A stretch of 64,000 bases of DNA from Eledone cirrhosa (GCA_964016885.1 OZ024742.1:130014001-130078000), one strand, 5' to 3'. Positions 40,668 through 57,826 are shown, counted from the stretch's first letter. A program made the numbers and translations. Notes: generated by a model not told the origin, from the sequence alone.

Positions 40668-42439
40668 AAATGAAAGCCAAACTTGAATCAGTCAACTCAG
40701 CTTGCACTAAGACAGAAAAACAGAGTAACAAGATAAATACAAGAACAATGACTTAAGGAAACATAATATGGTCACCATAGAAACAACATTTCAATAAAGG
40801 AAAGGATTTAAAACTACTAAAAATGCCGCAAGCAAACCAAAATTCATGAGATTTGACACAATGTAAAACTATTGACCTATAAGCCTTTTATATGTCACAT
40901 ACAAGCTATTTACAAAGATAAAGGCAAACAAATTAATTGAAAAACAACCACATGAACAGAGTATGAAGATATGTTTTTTTCTTTCCACCATTGAAAGTCA
41001 GGAAATGGCAGAGTCATTAGCACATTGGATTAAAAAAGCCTTGGTATTTGTACCATCCTTCTGCACTCTGAGTTCAAATCCTGTCGAGGTCAATATTACC
41101 TTTCATCCTTTCAAGGTCAATAAATAAAGTACCAGTCCAGAACTGGAGTTAATTCTCTCTCTCTCTCTCTCTCTCTCTTCATCTCCCTGTGTCTTTCTCA
41201 CCTTCTTTAGAAGAAGGGAGTTTACTGTGTTCCAACCTGAAGATGGATAACTACACCTGGTTTAAATGACCCTATGTCTCCATGAAGATTTAAGCGTCCT
41301 CTCTTTCTTTTCTACCATTGGCCACCTACATACCATGAATCAATTAAATATAACATCCCAATCTTTGTAGACTACCAAAAACAATTTCACTCTGTAGAAC
41401 TACTAATAGTAATGACAATCATAACAAACCGAAGTTTTAAACCAACATATATCAACATCTGTGCTCTGATTTCAAATCCTGCTAAGGTTAACTTTGCCTT
41501 CCATCCTTTTGAGGTCAATAAAAAAAAGTACCAGTCTAGTACTTGGGTCGATTCTTTCTCTATATCGCTTTCTCACTTCTTCTTCTCTCTCTCTCTCTAT
41601 CTCTATCTCTCTCTCTGTTGCTATCCTTCTCTGGAAGAAATCAGCTGTGTTCAGAAGAGATGGGTTCTGCTAAGTTTTAAAAAATTCCTGAGAAATGCTG
41701 TATGTCATTATGGCATCCCTAAGACTCCACCAGGAGTTACAGATCCATACATATATATCAACGCCATATATTACAGCCCTACTGAGAAGGAATGGTACAA
41801 TCAAGAGTATTAGTCCTTGATATCAACCTCAGTACATTGTCTGGTACTTGTATCGTTAACCTCAAAGATTGACAAACGGCAAAGTTAACAGAATATCATG
41901 GAAGGCAGTTAATACAGATAGCTACAAGGTCTGTTGAAAAAGTATCTAAGAATTTTCATCCCTCTAAGATTGGTGCCATGATAAAATGTATCTAGGACAC
42001 TATGTAAAGTGGTTGTGATGGTGCTGTGATAATAATGTGATTGGCATTAGGAAGAGCATCTAGCTGTAGAAATCATGCCAAAAACGGAATGCATGATATG
42101 GGAAGTATTAATGTTAAGGAGACAAAATTGTGTAGAATGCAGCTGCATACATTCATAGTGTATGGTATACATTCATGTTGAGTGGTAAGAAACTCTCAGG
42201 AGAGCTGGACAGCAGAAGGTCTTCAGAGAAGTAACCTCCCTTAAGAAAGTGTTTCAAGTAGTCAGCATGTGAGGTGCTGTACTACTTACTTAATCAAATG
42301 TGGGACCCACGCTATATATAATCATGGCAATAGCAGTGAATGTATTTAGTTTTTTTAGTCCAAGATTGGCATATATCCAGGATTACTGGATATATGAACA
42401 TTTACACAAGCTGGGAAAATTGCGTTTTGATAAATTAAT

Positions 42440-42629
42440 TGTTTCTACGTTTGGCACAAGGCCAGCAATCACCCAGTGCATTACTGGTACTTTATTTTAT
42501 CGACCCCGTAAGGATGAAAGGCAAAGTTAACCTCGGCGGGATTTGAACTCAGAATGGCAAGGGCTGTAACTCTATGCGTCAAAGCATGGCGTCTGACTCT
42601 CTACCGATACTGCCAATCCACCGCCCTAG
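42440..42629 (-). mobile_element. SINE S1 with 13-bp TSD (ttgataaattaat)
   Basis: TSD at 42427-42439 and 42630-42642. Confidence 0.9.
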
Positions 42630-42743
42630 TTGATAAATTAATGGTTTCAGATAAGAAACCGTATAGTGTTTTACTGACATGTGGAAGTGATAAAAGATGA
42701 GAAGATATTTTAATTATCTATTTCTAGGATATAATTACATAGA

Positions 42744-42931
42744 AGGGCGGTGGATTGGCAGTATCGGTAGAGGGTCGGACGCCATGCTTTCCAGCATAGT
42801 TACGTCCCTTTACGATCTGAGTTCAAATTCCCGCCGAGGTTGACTTTGCCTTTCATCCTTACGGGGTCGATAAAATAAAGTACCAGTAATGCACTGGGTA
42901 ATTGCTGGCCTTGTGCCTAAAGTAGAAACAA
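42744..42931 (+). mobile_element. SINE S1 with 13-bp TSD (ataattacataga)
   Basis: TSD at 42731-42743 and 42932-42944. Confidence 0.9.
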
Positions 42932-43499
42932 ATAATTACATAGATGTTCAGCTGTATGATTGCATCACATTCAAAATTAAATTCTTTATTCTAATACGGT
43001 AAATTTCCTCAATGTTCCGACCACTAATAAGGATACTATAAACATTTGAATTAACAAACCCATTTTTTCTATTTTCTGATTAATCATTACTGGATGTAAA
43101 ATACTTTGTTGACCACCTATTAAGTTGCTGTAAACATTAAGCCACATCATTTACTACTTGAGAACCTATGTTATCAATAATACTGGCAATAGTGTTCAAT
43201 AACTGGGATGCCATATATACAAGGATTACCCAACATATGAACAAGCATCAAACTGGGAAATTTGCTTTTTAATAAATTAATTGTTTGCATAAGAGAAACC
43301 CTACAGTTTATGTTGATTACTGGCACCTGGCAGTGATGAAAATAAGAATGATAGTTTTGTAATTTATTTCTAGGATACAATTACAGAAATGTTAAGCATA
43401 TATGAAGAAATGAGATCCAGGATTTAATACATGAGTAACTTTGGAGAAATAAATATATATAAATAAATATACAAACAAATATGATGTCTTATGGTTGAT

Positions 43500-43912
43500 T
43501 TAGGGCAGAATTGCTAGAGCATTGGATAAAATACCTCATGGTGATTGTCTCGACTCTTTACATTCTGAATTCAAATCTCACCAAAGTCAACTTCGCCTTT
43601 CATCCATCCGAGGGTGATAAAATAAAGTACCAATCAAACACTGGGGTAGATTTAATCAATTTTCCCCTAATCTTAAATTGCTGGTTTTGTAGCTAAATTA
43701 AAAACTATCTGTAGAGCATTGGACAACAAGTTTTGCGGCATATAGTTACGTCCTTTTATATTCTGAGTTCAAATCCCATGGAGGTTAGCCTTGCCTTTCA
43801 TCTTTACAAGGTCAATAAAATAAAGCACCAGTAACACACTGGAGTTGATTTAATCAATTTTCCCCTAGCCTTAAATTGCTGGCTTTGGACCTAAATTAGA
43901 AACTATTATTAT
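43500..43912 (+). mobile_element. Two older tandem S1-related SINEs
   Basis: Two degenerate B-box + gcctttcatc..ataaaataaag.acc cores. Confidence 0.7.
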
Positions 43913-45254
43913 ACACTGAATTATTCAGACTAGGGTCCTCAAGTTGATTCTTATTGTCATGAAGACCCAAGGGTGGCCAGGCAAGACTGGAACTAATAGC
44001 AATATGTTATAAAGCTGATCTTGACTGCAGTTGAAAGATGATGATGATAGTCATGACTTTTCATTTTTTTATACATGTCACTCCACTTAGTTGACATCCA
44101 CAACATGCACCATCACCCACCTCTATTGCTATCCATCACTAACTCTTTCTCTCTCCCTTTCTCTCTTACTATGACTCATCTTTATTGTTATCATTTCACA
44201 TCACTCATGCTGTTCCACCTCCTACCAACTACCAACATATAGCTATCACTATCTCTGCTGTGTTACTCTTTACCTTTATGTCACTTTGTTTTCCCCTTCA
44301 GGCTAAGATTCATTCTCTCTCATCTTTCACACACTTGGTCATCACCTTTTCTATTCCAACTCTCAGTCATGTTCCTTAGAATGAATGGAAACCATCTAGA
44401 ATAGAGAGGACTGTTTAGTCTTGCAGTTGACACAACAACCTCTCTAGTACTGGTGCCATGAAAAAATACACTCTCTACACTGTTAAAAGACCATACAGGT
44501 GCCATGATAAAATATACACGCTACACTCTGTAAAGTAACCAAAATGAGACTGTGTAAGGTGGACAGTCACGTCAAGAATATAACAATCTCTCTAATGCAC
44601 CAGCATTACTCTGTAAAGTATTTGGAGTTGGGAAGTGCAATCCAGTCACAGAAAGTATGCTGAAAATTTTAATACATGAAGACAGTAACTCCAAATAAAA
44701 AGTGACAAACTGTCCAAGCATCTTTGTATATTTTCTCCAATCATTCTTTGAAGTTATAATGCCACTCAGATTTTATTCACAAAAATCCAATATATTTCTT
44801 TAGTCATCAAAGAGCTGCAGTAACAGTCAGAAAGATATGGTCCTCCCAACCTTATCTTGTCTCAAACCATAACAACCCATCCAGACCATGCCAGCATGAA
44901 AAATGGACATATAAAGAGTATATATAAAAAAGAGAGGAGTCAAGAGGATCCTACAAGATAAACACACCCAGTACACACTGTGAGGTGGTTGTTGATAGTA
45001 GGGCATCCCACCATGGATAGTTTGACAAACAAAGGGTTGGGAGGACGCTCTGTTGTGTCAAAGACATGGCAACCTCTCCTGGACACTCAGTAGAATGTGA
45101 AACTGTACATAAGCGAGATACAGATCACTGACCTGTCCAGGTGTTCATCAGCCTCTTATCAAGACTGACTTGGTCTATATAGACCAGTCCAACTCTGGAT
45201 AGTAGGGAAAGTGGATGTTAAAACAATGTCAACGATAATGATGATATCATTTCA

Positions 45255-45530
45255 TCATCATCATTTCTATTTACGTCCGCTTTTTCCCTGCTTGCAGGGG
45301 TGGGACGGGAACTGATTCTGGCTTGATTTCTACAGCTGGATGCCCTTCCTAACACCAACCTCATTTACAGCGAGTGCTGGGTGCTTTTTTTGCCGTGGCA
45401 CCTCCACGACAGCTTTGCAGTGGAATGATAGGGACCCCAGTCCCTATCATCTCATTTCTACAGCTGAATAAACTGGAGCAATGTGAAATAAAGTGTCTTG
45501 CTCAAAGAAACAACACTGCTCAAGGAAACA
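45255..45530 (-). mobile_element. SINE S2, 5'-truncated
   Basis: RTE tail and CORE-like segment, head missing. Confidence 0.8.
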
Positions 45531-47514
45531 GCAAATATATATATATTTGAAGTGGGTGTTTATAAGAGTGTTTGACAAGTCACTGCCATTGAAAGGTTAA
45601 CATCATAGTTACACTGCATTTCATTGGAATAAAATATGTGTGTTGTTGCATGTGTGTGTGTGTGTGTTGTTGCATGTGTGTCTGTTGTTGTTGCATGTGT
45701 GTACTTGCTGAACCACTAAACAGTGAGATGATACCAAAATTAGAGGTTAATAACTGAAACTGAACTACTCAATTGATTAATTATTGAGCAAATATAGAAA
45801 TTTCAATTGTTTAGAATTCCAGTTGTTAATCTTTGAGTTTCTGTTTTTGGTTTTCTTTATTTTTAGTAAAAGTAAAAAATCTTTGAATTGATTAAATTGC
45901 CAATCCTTCATTAAAATTTACAAGTCTTTTATCAAGTGATGACTCATTACCATATGAGAAAGTAATCAATTATCTTGGTTCTCTTTTTGTCATTATCATC
46001 ATCATCATTGGTTTTATGCCTACTCTTCCATGCCAACAAGTGTCAGACAAAGGTTGAAGATTATTCTAATTTCATGTGGCAGTAAGCCATTCATTGCCAA
46101 TGAGAAACACTGCCGAATGTTTTCAAAAAATTTGGAAGTAGTCAAGAATTTGGAGAGATTTAGTAATGTAACTAAGTTTTTCATTATAACATTGATGTTT
46201 GGAATATAAAATCATGATGGAAGTTTTGGGGGACTTTTTTATGTTTAGACCTTTAAATCCTCATAGAATAGTAAAATTGCCATCATAACATACGACATGT
46301 CTTTGATACGACATGTCTTTGGTGAAATCCACATATCCCCAGGCCTAAGCACAGTCAATTACTGAGAGTGTGTGGGTGGGGTGCAAAATTTACCCTGGTA
46401 CTGGACTGGTAATTTATTTTTACTAATGTCAAAGCATGAAAGAAAGTTGAGTTACCCTTTGGATGGAATGTTTATTTGTTGCAAGGTTAGCCACAGCTGC
46501 TGCTGTTGGCACTCATCTTCAGGGGACTGAATGAGTGAAATGAAGTGCCTTGCTCAAGAACACAATGTGTCACCAGATCCAGGGATTGAACTCATGACCT
46601 TTTTTTTTTGTAGAAAGAAATTTCCATCTGACTATTTCTACTTCCTAGTATAAAAAACATAACAACCGCTTGAGCTGTTGCCAAAATAAAATACACCCAG
46701 TACACTCTGTAAAGTGGTTGGCATTAGGAAGGGTATATCCAGCATTAAAAAAACTTACCAAGGGTTATGTCAAGAGCACAACAACCTCACTTATGCTGGT
46801 GCCATGATAAAATACACCTAGTAAACTCAGTAAAATGTGGGAACATATGTAAAATGCAGCCTCTGGCCTGTCTGAGTGACCAGTAGCTCTGATTAAGTAC
46901 TACCTTGGTCTATGTCAACCCATCCAATCATTGTTCCAGGGAAAACAAACATTAAATGATGATGATAGCCCCATGGAGTGACAGCTCGCTCTCTCTCTCT
47001 CTCTCTCTCTCACTCTCAACAGCTCTTATGAGAACATTGTATCAACCTATTTGCCATAATGTTTCTCCTGGCTATATATTATAAACAAACTGTGTGTATC
47101 TGGTTTAGACTAAGTATACAGCATTCCAGTACATTTTAAGAAGCAACTAAAAGGGTTGCCACCAGAAAGAGCATCTCCCAGTAAAACATTGTCTCAAAAA
47201 GGACCCCATGCTGAGTATAAAGCTTGTAATGGGACCTGCAAAGCTAACCCCTACTTTAGCAAAGGAAATGGTCTTTAAATGCTTATTGTTTTTATATGTA
47301 ACATTTATACTACAAAAGTTCTTTTAAAAACTATACCTGTCAATATTTTCAGCTAGTAGTTCTCTTAACCTTTTTGATACCAAACTGCTTGAAACCACCC
47401 CTAGTTCTATGGTACTAAGTTGTTTATTTTAAAGTGTTTATATTCATCTGAAAACCATTTACCATAACTTTATTTAAGAAACTTTGTTAAATTATATTCC
47501 AAACACCAGCTTAA

Positions 47515-47965
47515 TATAATGGTTTCTGATTTAAGCACAAGGCCAACAAATCGAGTGGGTGGGAGTGCAAAAGTTGATTAAATCATCAACCCCAATGCAT
47601 TAGTGGCACTTTATTTTATCAACCCTGTAAAGGACCTCAGTGGGATTTGAACTAAGAACATAAAGTGCCGTAACTCTATGCCGCAAAGCATAATGTCCAA
47701 CACTCTACCAATACTGCCAATCTCCCCACCGCACCCTAAACACTTGCTTAATAATGGTTCCTGATTTAGGCACAAGGCCAACAATTCTGGGGGAGGGGAA
47801 AGTCGATTAAATCGATCCCAGTGCATTACTGGTGCTTTATTTATCGACCTTGTAAGGATGAAAGGCAAAGCTAACCCCAGTGGGATTTGAACTCAGAATG
47901 TGAAGGGATGTAACTCTCTGCCGTAAAGCATGTTGTCTGATGCTCTTCCAATACTGCCAATCCAC
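47515..47965 (-). mobile_element. Two older tandem S1-related SINEs
   Basis: Two degenerate reverse-complement S1 copies. Confidence 0.7.
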
Positions 47966-49493
47966 ACTTGCTTAACAATGAGAATTAGTATTATTACTAA
48001 GTCAATCCAAATTCTTGAATATTTTATGGCAGCGATACAATATATATTATAGAAATTAATAACTCTATTTTTCTTGTACTACAAGATTTATGAAAACAAT
48101 TCTGACTTTACAAACTATATTTATTTCACAATACCAACTCTGAAATTTATAATCACTTTACACATAAAAATCTATTTTTGCAATTCCAACTTGTCTGTCT
48201 CAACATTGAACCAGTTAATAAGCTTTTGCTAAATATATGCAAATAGATAAATACAAGCATTTGTAATGATATTTATTTACTATGTTTGAGTTGTATCTTT
48301 GAACATCATTAGTCTCCTAATTACTTTTTCCTTTGATTTCCAACAAATCAAATCATCTCCTATGGCTCATTAATCTGTTTGTTCACCAATCTATTGAGAA
48401 ATGTTCTTCTATCTTTAGCTTCCATTTCCATTTTAGCTATGATTTCTCTGTGATTTTCATTAAATTTTATGATCCTCTCATTCTCTAGACATTGAGCTTT
48501 AAATCTCATTTAGGAAGCTACAAATTCTACAGAACTAATTAACATTTATAGAGAGATTATATACCATAAATGATTCATTTCAAGTTATACATTAATCCTT
48601 TTGATACCAAACCAGCCCAAATTAGTTCTGGTTCTATGAAACAAAACCTGCCATTTTAAAGAGTTCCTATTTAAATTTAAATCTTTCAACATAATTTTAT
48701 ATAGGAATCATATATTAAGTTTCTATCTTTGTAATGAAATAAATAATTTTAGTAAATCCCTCCTAATTCTTCATTAATTAATTGAAAAAGTGTACTTCAT
48801 TAGAAATTCAGTCATGAAAGGATTCATCTCTGTAATTAACACCCACACACACGCATACACACACACATGCATGCACACACAAACACACACAAAAGATTAT
48901 TGATGAAGGGAAACCATCGGTGAGAGCTGTAAATTTAAATAAAAATTGATACAATATAGAAGCGATACTTTTGTATTACCAGACGACCTCTCTAGTGCCC
49001 GTGGCACACTAAAATGCACCCAAACCATGCTGTAAAGGAGTTTGTGTTGGGAAGTGCATCCAGTTGTAACAAAAACAACAGAAACAAGGAACAGACGATG
49101 ACAACACAAGGTAGAAAGAGGTATTTAATCTTGTTAGTGACTTCTCTACTGTCAGTTATTTTCAAGTTAAATCCATTATTGAAGTAGAGAAAGAGAAGTA
49201 AAGAGTAAGAATGAAATAAAAAGGCATAAAAAGGTATTAAAGTTGAAGAACAGATGTTTTTCAAACAGCTACACCTTGTTTAAAAAAATATATACAGGAG
49301 ATATGCCAGTAGGGAGTAAAAATACAGGGTTTATGAAATTCACTGATGTTATTTCACTAATCTCTGGTTATGCCTCACTCATTCAATGAATCAATAAGGT
49401 TGCAGTTGTGAAACTGCATCTCGATGTTCAGAGTGCACACATGATAGTTAAATAGGGAGTGCAGTGGCTGTGTTTTGGTAAAGATATGGTATG

Positions 49494-49528
<35 letters not shown>

Positions 49529-49559
49529 ATATAATTGTATTAATATGTATATAAAATTG

Positions 49560-49606
<47 letters not shown>

Positions 49607-49813
49607 TATTAAAATAACAGATTAAAGTTTAAGCAAAGAATCGCTGCTTTCACCTTTAACGGGATCTTCTGAAACTAAAAAAGTCAATCTGTGAACGCAG
49701 AAGTAAATATTTCAAAAAACGTTGCAAACGAAGGAAGACAGGAAGACGATACTTTGGTTCGTTGAAACGTTCCCTGGCAAAGAACGAAAAAAACCGAAGA
49801 TAATACGTCATTA

Positions 49814-51724
49814 CTTTACATTGAACAGGATAAATTTGGGTTTAAAACCTATAATAACCCTCCGAGTAACCCACCATTGGTACTCTTTGAAAATGATGTC
49901 TTGGAACTCATATGGAATATCAAATTTCGGAATAGGAGCAATTCCTTCCAGCAGGACCTGAAGAATAGAATTTGTTCTATTAAGGACTCTAATGCCATGC
50001 ACGTCCACTCCGACAAAACTGGCAATCTATATCAAATGGAGCGCAGTACTTACCATCAACTGCTACATAATGCTGTAACTAAGGATTACCGTAAAACTAA
50101 TCGGAGCATCATTAATGAAATCAACGATGCTGGGTTTAAAATCACCTCTGATCTCAACATCCTGGACCGGACTGAACCTCTGGACCCTATTTCTCCCCAC
50201 TTTACCCTGAAGGATCACAAATCCAATTTCCCGAACAACCCCTCTATTCGGCTCATTAAGCCTATGAAGTCCGATTTAGGTAGACTTAGTAAAAGGATTT
50301 TAGATAGAATTATACCTGAAATTAGAAGTTTGGCCTCTCTTGCACTGTGAAACAATTCTTTCACGGTGATTGATTGGTTCAACGGCATATGCAACAAGGA
50401 ATATTGCCGTTTTATCCAATTCGACAGCAATAATTACTACTCCTCCATCATTTTACCACTTCTTCTTAGAGCTATCAATTTCAATAAAACATTCACAGTG
50501 GTTAAGGATTTCGAAGTTGATGTCATCCTCAATGCCCGTAAGTCGGTGATTAATTTTGACGACTCTATTTGGATTAAAAAATCTAATAGTACCCCCATCG
50601 ACGTGAGTATAGGCATCAGCGATTCTGCGGAGGTTACTGATCTTATCGGCCTTTTCCTTCTTTTCTCTATCAAGGAAGAATTCCCCAACGTGGGCGGTGG
50701 TTTGTACCGTGAAGACGGTCTTTTGACCATGACAAAGTGCGGCCCACGTGCTTGTGACAGGTACAGAAAAGAACTCACAGCCTTATTTAAAGGCTTCAAC
50801 CTCTCCATACAGGTTGAGGCCAACCTCTCGGTCGTTAATTACCTTGACGTTACCCTCAATTTGTCAAATGGCTTACACTACCCATATAGAAAGCCGAATG
50901 ACACGCTTAATTACATAAGTAAGCATTCTAACCATCCTGCCAGCATAACCAAGAACCTGGTAAGAAACATCTCTTTGAGGCTTTCCCGTCTATCTACAAA
51001 CGAGCATATTTTCAACGACCATTCCACATATTACAATGAAGCTCTTGCTCGGAGTGGATTTGTTGATAAGGTAGCTTATACAGAGTACGAGAATAGACCT
51101 AGGAAAAATAGATCCCGACACATTATATGGTATAACACACCATATAATATGGAGGTGACCACACATTTCCCCCCAGCACATAAATATAGTAAAATTTTTA
51201 ATAGAAATACCATTAAAATGTCTTACTCTACGACTCCTAACCTTGAACATAACATCACAGCTTCAAATTTAGCTAAATTACCTAGCCGTAGGAACATGTG
51301 CAACCCTGTAGCTAGTACTAACTGTAATTGTAGGAATCGGGTTGACTGCCCCCTATCCGGGAAATGCCTCTCTAGTAACATTGTCTACATAGGGTTAACC
51401 ACCAATAGATTCAAGCAGTGTGTTTACATGCATACCCATTCTTTTCTTAACCCTTTAAGAAGGAATATGACGCCACTTTCAGCTTATATCTGGAGTCTAA
51501 AAGACAACCTCACCCAATATAAGTTACACTGAGAGATCCTAGCTAAGGCTAGATCGTATAACGGAAATAAAAGACCTTGTGACCTCTGCGCCGCCGAGGC
51601 CCTGGAAATACTCTACACCAAAGACCACATCTTAAACAAAAAATCTGAGGCAATTTCGGCTTGTAAACATAAATTGTACAAAACTTTCCTGTATTACAGC
51701 CCCACATTATACCCTAACGGATAG
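49814..51724 (+). pseudogene. PLE RT/GIY-YIG ORF remnant
   Basis: FGFKT..PP..FENDV, SDKTGNLY, DHKSNFPNNPSIRLI, FIQFD..YYSSI, GLYREDGL, NYLDVTL, SNHPASI, CNCx5Cx5C, IVY/YIG (fused by deletion), CDLC..E, LNKKSE..ACKHK. In-frame TGA at 50348 and 51530, both at apparent Trp positions. Confidence 0.9.
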
Positions 51725-52593
51725 TACAAACTATACGCGGATATTTTACGTCTTCATGTGGTAGCTAAGTATATCTTATGTTTATACCATTACTTATTTG
51801 TATAGGTAAGTATATATTACTGTATGTTTTGTGAAGGTACGTATACTTTCTCGTACGTATATTTGCTTGTATATGTTATGGCGTATATTTTATAAATACG
51901 GGTACATGTGCATTTGGTTATGTATATACGTGAGTTTTGCGTCTGTGTGAGTATGCGGGTTCATACGTCTGTAGGATGTGTGTATATGTGTACTTTGTGT
52001 TTTGGTTGACATACATCCGCGAACATGTGTTTTTACATGTAGGTATGTGTGTGCGTGCGTTATAGTTATTTACGTATTTATGTGTATATATTTATTTATA
52101 TTATGTTACACGCACACACACACATATATATATTTTTTTATATATATGTTTATGTGTATTTGGTGTATACGTTTGTATGTGTGCGGGTACAGGCGTTGCG
52201 TGGGTTCTGTATGTGGGTGCATCTTTTTCTTTTTTTTTTCTTTTGTGTACGTGCTCGTATTTGCATACCCATGGTGAGTGTTTTGCGTATGCTTGTGTAC
52301 GTACGTATATGGATGCGTGTATGTATATATTTATTTTCAATTACCTCTGTATTTTATTTACTTTATTCTTAACTCTGAAGCCGAGAATCATTCGGTTTCC
52401 TAAATAGAATATTAGTCTACAACTTCAGTTATACCATAAACGTGGTTTTGTCTTTGTGTTTAATTGTTTTCACAGCACCAAATAATGACGTATTATCTTC
52501 GGTCTTTTTTCGTTCCAAAGTATCGTCTTCCTGTCTTCCTCCGGTTGCAACGTTTTTTGAAATATTTACTTCTGCGTTCACAGATTGACTTGT

Positions 52594-52644
52594 AGTTTCA
52601 GAAGATCCCGTTAAGGGTGAAAGCAGCGATTCTTTGCTTAAACT
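52594..52644 (+). ncRNA. Hammerhead-like fold H5 (U4A) in PLE pLTR
   Basis: AGTTT CAGAAGA TCCC-gttaa-GGGT GAAA GCA..TGC TT AAACT; antisense copy at 49626-49676. Confidence 0.6.
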
Positions 52645-52770
52645 TTAATCTGTTATTTTAATAAATATTTGCTCTATGGTTCTTATATATCTGATATATA
52701 TTTATCCTTATCGAGCCCTCTTGGGATTTTAGTCTTCAAATTTATTATTATTATATGTATATATATATAT

Positions 52771-55661
<2,891 letters not shown>

Positions 55662-55680
55662 TTATAAAGTATATATATAT

Positions 55681-55860
55681 AATAATTGTTTCTACTTTAG
55701 GCACAAGGCCAGCAATCACCCAGTGCATTACTGGTACTTTATTTTATCGACCCCGTAAGGATGAAAGGCAAAGTCAACCTCGGCGGGATTTGAACTCAGA
55801 TCGTAAAGGGACGTAACTATGCTGGAAAGCATGGCGTCCGACCCTCTACCGATACTGCCA
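55681..55860 (-). mobile_element. SINE S1, young copy
   Basis: Reverse complement of the S1 consensus, inserted in (TA)n. Confidence 0.9.
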
Positions 55861-56049
55861 TATATATATATAATAATAATAATAAATTTGAAGACTAAAA
55901 TCCAAAGAGGGCTCAATAAGGATAAATATATATCAAATATATAAGAACCATAGAGCAAATATATATTAAAATAACAGATTAAAGTTTAAGAAGATCACGT
56001 TAAGGGTAAAAGCAGCGACACTTTGCTTAAACTTTAATCTGTTATTTTA

Positions 56050-56055
<6 letters not shown>
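55861..56055 (-). mobile_element. Inverted terminal fragment of the H5 PLE with hairpin
   Basis: 55870-55990 is the reverse complement of ~52638-52755; degenerate hammerhead half follows. Confidence 0.8.
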
Positions 56056-56113
<58 letters not shown>

Positions 56114-56169
56114 CTAGAAGGTAATATCCGTAGTGGCAGAGCACTCAGTCCATGGGACGAGTTTGGTAG

Positions 56170-56362
56170 AAGTAGAAACACAACAGTTAGTTCACCATAC
56201 CGAGAACAATTGTTTTACCTTAGCGGATCTTCATCTCGTACTGGTCATGGTTATACGGAACAGGAAGAACCATGATCATTATAATCATGACCACTACGAG
56301 TTGAAGATCCGCTAAGGTGAAACAATTGTTCTCGGTATGGTGAACTAACTGTTGTGTTTCTA

Positions 56363-56365
<3 letters not shown>
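56170..56365. mobile_element. Palindromic PLE-end element (H6) with minimal hammerhead at 56297-56334
   Basis: Arms 56170-56254 / 56281-56365; CGAG TTGAAGA TCC-gctaa-GGT GAAA CAATTG TT CTCG. Confidence 0.7.
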
Positions 56366-56427
<62 letters not shown>

Positions 56428-56459
56428 GTATGTATATATATTATAATAATAATTCTTAT

Positions 56460-57065
56460 TTTGCCTGCTCCTCTATACTTGCATGGGTGGGATGAGTCCT
56501 CTCCAAAAGACCATCTCAACACTTGTTTCATTACTTTTATCGTTTCTTTTGTGAGATTCACCAGCCTGATGAGATCAGTTTCCCCCACCTTTCATATTTT
56601 TCTTTATCTTCCTCTTCTGCAACTTCCTTCCACTTGGATTGCATGGCACATACTTACCCAACTGTAATCATTCATACACATGCCTGTACTAGCACAGTCT
56701 TCTCTCAGGCATACAACATCCAATTTCTTGTGTACCTAGTTTTTCTCTCAGCTCATCTATGCTTTGTAGTCCATGCACACTAATGTTACAAATCCAGTAG
56801 AACATGTTCACTTCATTCATTCCCACCTTCATACATCCTCTGTGTTCAATATGCATCTCTTGTTACCATGCAGCATTGCACTCTGTACATAAGTGTTATA
56901 CAATCTACCTTTGGTTTGGAAAGAGTATCCTTTTGTTGTTAGTAAAGGTTATAGTTCTAATGAACTTTTTCCATCCTGTTCTTAATCTAGTTGCTATGCT
57001 TTTAGAGAGCCCTCCCTCACTGCTGATTAGGTCATCTAAGTAACAGAAGCTATCAACTATGGAGC
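56460..57065 (-). mobile_element. Old degenerate RTE 3' fragment
   Basis: IVDSFCYLDDLISSEGG..IATRLRTGWKKF, resembling 13295-13400. Confidence 0.65.
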
Positions 57066-57826
57066 CTTCTAACTATTGTAAAGATGATTTTTTTTCAGGT
57101 TCTTTGACAGCAAACTATGCATACTAGATACATATGTGTATGTGAGTGAGTGTGTTCACATGTATATTTTAGTGATTAATTGCAGGGGTAACTCTTGAGT
57201 TGCAGGATACTAGATCAGCCTTAATAAACCATGAATCTCTATTATGATATTGAATATTCATACTTCAATGATACCAGTGTACAGCCATTATACAATCATT
57301 ACAACAGCAACTGGAACCAGTGTGATATTATCAGTTGTTAACACAATTATGTGAAGAAAGTTAATATGCCACAGGCAAACGCTTCCATCTTTGCAAAAGT
57401 CCAGTGAACTTGCCAATTATTTTTTCTTCCTTTAGTTTTTCTGTGGTATTGGTATCTATTTTCTAGAGTTAACAGAATCCACCAATTAGAAAATAGAAAC
57501 CAATACCACACAAAATCTAAAGAAAGAAAAAATAATTGGTGAGTCATTAGTTCATTAGAACCTCTGACCTTTAGGTGGGCTTGGGATCCGACATATGATT
57601 CTGTGCTCTATCATGTACATTTTATCATGGCACTAACACTAGGGAAGTTGTCATGTCTTTGGCCTAACTGAAGAGTCTTCCTGACCCTCCCTCTCATCAT
57701 CATCATTGTCGATTAACATCTATCTTCCATGCTAACATGATTAAGACGGGTTTGTCCCATTTGGAGGTAAGTTGGGTCGGGTGACCGTGTCTTGCTCATA
57801 TAGGAGAGTTTCTGGCTGGTTTTCTA

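Larger units (their letters stand above)
49603..52755 (+). mobile_element. Penelope-like element, 5'-truncated, with inverted 5' pLTR, RT + C-terminal GIY-YIG and TG-rich 3'UTR
   Basis: 49603-49813 is the reverse complement of ~52480-52667; ORF remnant 49814-51724; hammerhead-like fold in the pLTR; flanked by (TA)n. Confidence 0.9.

Noticed and set aside
48360-48510. Short charged minus-strand ORF (MRFKAQCLENE...)
   Set aside because: Under 50 codons, stop immediately upstream, no recognisable homology
50348-51532. In-frame TGA codons as selenocysteine (described for some PLEs)
   Set aside because: Both fall at apparent conserved Trp positions (TGG to TGA), and the ORF has other lesions (REDG for RDDG, deletions); no SECIS recognised
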